Below are positions 60,109 to 64,000 of a stretch of DNA of 64,000 bases, in pieces. The first letter of the stretch is position 1. Each line of letters starts with the position of its first letter. The DNA comes from an uncultured Bacilli bacterium (GTDB lineage Bacteria > Bacillota_I > Bacilli_A > RFN20 > CAG-826), in contig CALVXI010000002.1 of assembly GCA_944368975.1 (NCBI GenBank), positions 12,513 through 76,512 of the forward strand. Reading direction: 5' to 3'. Below the pieces are notes generated by a model, which saw only the letters and a program-made list of their open reading frames with translations, was not told the DNA's origin and ran no database searches. The position numbers and the translations under genes are program-made.

Positions 60109-61524
60109 GTGAAAAAACAAAAGTTTCCTCTATTTAGCTTATTCTCCCGCAATAAAGAAGTCATCAAATTGGCTGTTCCAGTTTTTATCGAACTGATTTT
60201 AGGCGTCGGTATTGGCTATGTTAATCAATTTATGTTTGCTGGTGTACCTCAAGCCACCAACGCTATAGGACAGGTAAATCAAATAAGCAATATTTTTATT
60301 GTCGCGTTTAGCGTGCTATCAACATCATCTCTTATTCTTATCACGCAATTAAAAGGATTGGATAATGAAGAAGGAATTAAAAAGATTTATCCACTTACAT
60401 TATTTTTAAATTTATTTATCGGAATAATAGTCTGTGGCATTCTTTTAGCTATTTCGCCCTTTATTTTTGATTGGATGCAAGTCGATGCACAAATTATTCC
60501 ACTGGCTAAACTCTACTTATATATCTCAGCGCCATCTCTTGTTTTTCATTCTTTAAATCAAGCTTTTTCAAGTTTTTTACGAGCAAATAAAAAAATGGTT
60601 CAGCCAACTATTATTTCTTTTGCCACCAACATTATCAATATTGTCATTTGTGCAATTGTGCTATGGGGAATTCCAAATCTTGACATTGAAGATCAATTGA
60701 TTGGTGTGGGATTAGCTACATTAATTTCTCGTTTTATCTCTTGCCTTATTTCGTATATTTTCTTTAAAGCGACAGTTAAATCAAAAATTTCATTAAGATT
60801 TCTTCGTCCATTTCCGTCTATGTTGCTTAAAAAACAACTAAAGATTGGGTTACCGACAGCTGGAGAAACTTTATCATATAATTTATCACAATTTGTTTTA
60901 GCAATTATTGTCAACTATTCTTGCACAGTTTTAGATCAAAATTTAAGAACATACATTATGACCATCACTTCCGTTATTTACTTGTTTGCAAGTGGCAGCG
61001 GAATAGCTATGCAAGTCATCGAAGGTAATCTTTTGGGCAAACAAAACAAAGAAGAAGTTCATAAACTCGTTTGTGATACAGGTAAAATGGCACAAATTGT
61101 GTCTTTTGTCATGTCACTAATTGTTTTAGGAATTGCTTATCCTCTTTTTGGAACACTAATGACTTCAGCAATTAACAACCCAGCAATCAATATCGATAAT
61201 GTGGATTTTATGTACTGTGGATTAACGGCAGTTTTTTGCCTTTGTATCAACGTTGTGTTAGAACAAGGTAGAGCAACTAATTTAGTTTATGTTAAAGGAT
61301 TAGAGACGGCCGGAGATATTGCATTTCCAGTGATAAGTTCTATCATCACATCATGGGTGTTTACAGTCGGAGCTTCAGCACTTCTATGTATCGTCTTCAA
61401 ATTAGGTATTTATGGTGCCTTTATTGGTGCTTGCCTCGACGAATGTGTACGCGGAATTGGCTTTTATATTCGCTGGCGAAATGGTAGATGGAAAACAATT
61501 AACTTACTTAAGGGAATAAACTAA
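60109..61524 (+). CDS. MATE family efflux transporter
   Basis: LAVPVFIE, LKIGLPTAGE, LDECVRG...RWRNGRWK; about 12 TM segments. Confidence 0.9.
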   Translation: MKKQKFPLFSLFSRNKEVIKLAVPVFIELILGVGIGYVNQFMFAGVPQATNAIGQVNQISNIFIVAFSVLSTSSLILITQLKGLDNEEGIKKIYPLTLFLNLFIGIIVCGILLAISPFIFDWMQVDAQIIPLAKLYLYISAPSLVFHSLNQAFSSFLRANKKMVQPTIISFATNIINIVICAIVLWGIPNLDIEDQLIGVGLATLISRFISCLISYIFFKATVKSKISLRFLRPFPSMLLKKQLKIGLPTAGETLSYNLSQFVLAIIVNYSCTVLDQNLRTYIMTITSVIYLFASGSGIAMQVIEGNLLGKQNKEEVHKLVCDTGKMAQIVSFVMSLIVLGIAYPLFGTLMTSAINNPAINIDNVDFMYCGLTAVFCLCINVVLEQGRATNLVYVKGLETAGDIAFPVISSIITSWVFTVGASALLCIVFKLGIYGAFIGACLDECVRGIGFYIRWRNGRWKTINLLKGIN

Positions 61525-61533
61525 ATAAAGACA

Positions 61534-61628
61534 ATCACAATCCTTTTAAATTTCCTCATTTATATCACCTCGAAGCTATTTTAAAATGAACAAATATTTT
61601 TGTTAGGGTGTAATTTATTTACGTTTAC
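61534..61628 (-). mobile_element. Truncated inverted copy of the IS66 left end (terminal repeat, RBS and first codons of tnpA)
   Basis: Minus strand reads GTAAACGTAAATAA from 61628 and TCGAGGTGATATAAATGAG (61573-61555), identical to plus-strand 61654-61667 and 61710-61728. Confidence 0.75.
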
Positions 61629-61723
61629 GTAAATTTTAGTGTGCGACATAATGGTAAACGTAAATAATTAACACCCTTAAAAGAATTTTTTTAATCTCCT
61701 AGAATTACATCGAGGTGATATAA

Positions 61724-62104
61724 ATGAGCAAATACAAAAGTGATTATGAAAGATTGGAAACTGTAAAAAAATTTAAATGTTCAAATAAATCGATTTCCCA
61801 ATTTAGTAGAGATGAAAAAATTCCTTATACAACACTAAGAGATTGGATAAGGGCATTTGATAATATTGACGGCGAATTTGTTAAATTAAAGAAAGAAATG
61901 TCAAAACCCGGTGTTGTGTTAACAAATGATGATGCGACGCTTAAATTATTAAAAAATGAAGAAATATACCATAAGCATTCAAGCTTCACTAGATTTGATC
62001 ACTCCGTTGTAGTTATTGAATTTGCTAAAATTAAAATTACAACTTCACTACAACAAGCTTTAGAAATTATGAGTCAATATTATGATAGATTTAAGCAAGG
62101 TTAA
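61724..62104 (+). CDS. tnpA: IS66 accessory protein TnpA (HTH)
   Basis: SISQFSRDEKIPYTTLRDW helix-turn-helix; GAGGTG RBS. Confidence 0.75.
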   Translation: MSKYKSDYERLETVKKFKCSNKSISQFSRDEKIPYTTLRDWIRAFDNIDGEFVKLKKEMSKPGVVLTNDDATLKLLKNEEIYHKHSSFTRFDHSVVVIEFAKIKITTSLQQALEIMSQYYDRFKQG

Positions 62105-62417
62105 AAATCTTTATCTTTACACAAGCAAAGTAGATATGCGTTTTGGTATTTATGCAATTCAAAAGAGATTGGCTTTATCATTTACACCAGTTGAAATATT
62201 AGGATCTATTTTCATATTTATCTCAAGAGATAGAAAACAAGTTAAAATTTACTATGAAGATGAATATGGAAGTTGGTTATTTATAAATAAAATGAAATAC
62301 TACAAAGTGCAAATAGAATCAATGCTTGAGGCTAAAGAAATTAGTAAACAAGACTTAATATATCTTTTAAAAGGGGTTGAATTAAAGTCAAAAATAGAAC
62401 ATCAATTTAGTGTTTAA
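62082..62417 (+). CDS. tnpB: IS66 accessory protein TnpB
   Basis: LYTSKVDMRFGI, IFIFISRDRKQVKIYYEDEYGSWL. Confidence 0.88.
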   Translation: MIDLSKVKNLYLYTSKVDMRFGIYAIQKRLALSFTPVEILGSIFIFISRDRKQVKIYYEDEYGSWLFINKMKYYKVQIESMLEAKEISKQDLIYLLKGVELKSKIEHQFSV

Positions 62418-62434
62418 ATTAAAATTAATATAGT

Positions 62435-62466
62435 AGAAAAATGTGCGATTGAATCGCACTTTTTCT
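62435..62466 (+). terminator. Terminator-like hairpin between tnpB and tnpC
   Basis: GTGCGAT-TGA-ATCGCAC followed by TTTTT. Confidence 0.65.
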
Positions 62467-62499
62467 TTACTTTTTAGTATAAAAATGTTATAATAAATT

Positions 62500-64000
62500 A
62501 TGCAAATTGAAGAAGCCTTAATCATCATAGAAAAGTTAAAAAGTGAACTTATTGAAACGCAAAAAGAATCTGCTAGAAAGGATTTTGTAATTGCTACTCA
62601 ACGTGCATTGATTAAAAGTCTAAATTTAAAAATTAATGAAGAAATAAAAGAAAATGAATTATTAAATGAAAAGAAAAGAATTAGTGAAATAAGCAAGTTT
62701 GTTCAAAAAAATGAGCTTTTAGATAATATAATAAATGAGCCTGAAGCGATAATTAAAGAATCAAAGCCAAATAAAAAAAGAGGAATTAAAAGGTGCTCTA
62801 AAAAATATAAAAATTACAACTTTGCTCAACAAGTAACTAAAACAATTTATGAAGAGCCTGAGGAAGAAAAATGCCCAATTTGTGGTGCTGAATTAACCAC
62901 GGTAACTGAGAAAACTCGTTATGAAGTTCGTTATGTTCCAGCAAAACTTGAGGTTGTTAAAATCATTAAAAGATCCAAGATATGTAAAAAATGTAATAAA
63001 AAGAATAACAAAATTTATTATAAAGTTACTTCAAAGCCTTTCCCTGGATCTATATTAACACCTTCTTTTGCTGCATGGATTATTGACCACAAATATTATT
63101 TAGGAATCCCATTTAATAAATTAGAACAATATATAAAAGATTCTCTCAATATTGAAATTTCTAAGCAGTCATTAGCTACATATGCTGCAAAGTGTTCTGC
63201 TTTGCTTGAACCAATTTTTAATCAAATGAAGTTAGATTTACTTCAAGATGCAACAAAAGTTATTCATATAGACGAAACGACATTAGTTGTTTCAAAAAAG
63301 CCAGATGAAGACAAGGAAAGAAAGAAATCTTATGTTTTTGTTTATCGTTCTAATTTATATAGTGAAAAACAAATAATGCTTTATTCTTTTAACGAAACAA
63401 GAGAAATAGCAAAGACAGCAGAATGGTTAAAAGACTTTGACGGAACGATAGTTTGCGATGATTATAGTGGATACAACACATTAAAAAAGAAAAATAATAA
63501 AATAAAACTTCAAAAATGTATGGCACATGCTCGACGAAAGTTTGCCGATATATTAAAGACAGTCAGACAAAAAGATAGAAAGGACACTAAAAGCTACGAG
63601 ATTTTAGAACTATTTAGTCAAATATTTAATTTAGAAAGTCAATATAAAAAAGATGAATTAAACCCAATTTCAATAGTTCAAAGAAGAAAAAAAGATCAAA
63701 TACCAATTAAAAGTAAATTAGAAAATTTAATTTTTGATGTTTCATATAACCCAAATAGTGCAATTTATGATGCTGTAAATTATGTAAAAGACAATTGGGA
63801 TGATATGCGGACGTATCTTGACAATGGTTTTGTTGAACCTTCGAATAATCCTGCTGAACGCGCAGTTAAGCCTTTTGTTGTTCAACGTAAAAATTTCCAA
63901 ACTTCAGGCTCATATGCTGGAGCTAGATATACAGCAAAAATATTTAGCATAATTCAAACAGCTAGAGCAAATAATCTAAACACATATCAGTATTTAAATT
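62500..64000 (+). CDS. tnpC: IS66 DDE transposase TnpC (runs off the window end; absent from the ORF track)
   Basis: My translation from ATG 62500: coiled coil, CPICG...CKKC zinc finger, IHIDET, VCDDYSGY, CMAHARRKF, SNNPAERAVKPFV. Confidence 0.92.
   Translation, partial: MQIEEALIIIEKLKSELIETQKESARKDFVIATQRALIKSLNLKINEEIKENELLNEKKRISEISKFVQKNELLDNIINEPEAIIKESKPNKKRGIKRCSKKYKNYNFAQQVTKTIYEEPEEEKCPICGAELTTVTEKTRYEVRYVPAKLEVVKIIKRSKICKKCNKKNNKIYYKVTSKPFPGSILTPSFAAWIIDHKYYLGIPFNKLEQYIKDSLNIEISKQSLATYAAKCSALLEPIFNQMKLDLLQDATKVIHIDETTLVVSKKPDEDKERKKSYVFVYRSNLYSEKQIMLYSFNETREIAKTAEWLKDFDGTIVCDDYSGYNTLKKKNNKIKLQKCMAHARRKFADILKTVRQKDRKDTKSYEILELFSQIFNLESQYKKDELNPISIVQRRKKDQIPIKSKLENLIFDVSYNPNSAIYDAVNYVKDNWDDMRTYLDNGFVEPSNNPAERAVKPFVVQRKNFQTSGSYAGARYTAKIFSIIQTARANNLNTYQYLN

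Larger units (their letters stand above)
61654..64000 (+). mobile_element. IS66-family insertion sequence (right end beyond the window)
   Basis: GTAA-starting terminal repeat GTAAACGTAAATAA; tnpA-tnpB-tnpC gene order. Confidence 0.9.

Noticed and set aside
17349-60914. Short ORFs at 17349, 18455, 23945, 32700, 33323, 39896, 41109, 42114, 48311, 49194 and 60693
   Set aside because: Overlap confident genes on the other strand or frame and show no recognisable motifs
59927-61628. MATE gene as passenger of a non-autonomous IS66 derivative
   Set aside because: No matching GTAAACG end found between tRNA-Gln and the MATE start
62082-62417. RNA-guided TnpB nuclease
   Set aside because: This is the unrelated 111-aa IS66 accessory TnpB; no RuvC or zinc finger
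1-64000. Genetic code 4 (UGA=Trp)
   Set aside because: Long ORFs are intact under code 11, Trp is TGG, and TGA serves as stop (for example 58317-58319 and 30536-30538 on minus)

Overview
Very AT-rich bacterial chromosome segment using genetic code 11 (TGA is a stop). Gene content and style suggest an anaerobic, genome-reduced low-GC Bacillota (Mollicutes-like or uncultured Bacilli; inference). Layout: (1) 1-14.2 kb, a Gram-positive-type glycan utilisation locus (two sugar-binding lipoproteins, GH97 lipoprotein, ABC permeases and ATPase, LacI, GH2, GH20). (2) 14.2-22.1 kb, an accessory patch with one intact and two decayed AAA_14/DUF4143 ATPase genes each preceded by a different triple tandem repeat, a frameshifted Fic gene, and a compact three-gene cassette (radical SAM/SPASM enzyme, secreted papain-fold Cys peptidase, membrane-tethered ECF-sigma-like protein) bracketed by a 59-bp direct repeat. 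(3) 22-60 kb, mostly core genes: XRE-membrane regulator with divergent beta-rich surface proteins, DedA, stand-alone NrdA N-terminus, PAP2, NUDIX, an Asp-to-Cys pseudo-response regulator, rex-adhE-[FeFe] hydrogenase-agmatinase-ung, CIRCE-clpB, pit, tRNA-Ser, pflBA, TPP riboswitch-thiT, tsaE-tsaB-rimI-tsaD, GH3, galE, tRNA-Gln. (4) 60-64 kb, a MATE transporter and an IS66 element with a head-to-head duplicated left end. Most notable: a dispersed, asymmetric ~18-bp motif (consensus RRGTTTT[GC/AG]AWGGTTTTT, about 13 copies, mostly right after stop codons but also inside genes), and the rSAM/peptidase/membrane-sigma cassette. All calls come from reading the sequence by eye; no database searches were run.
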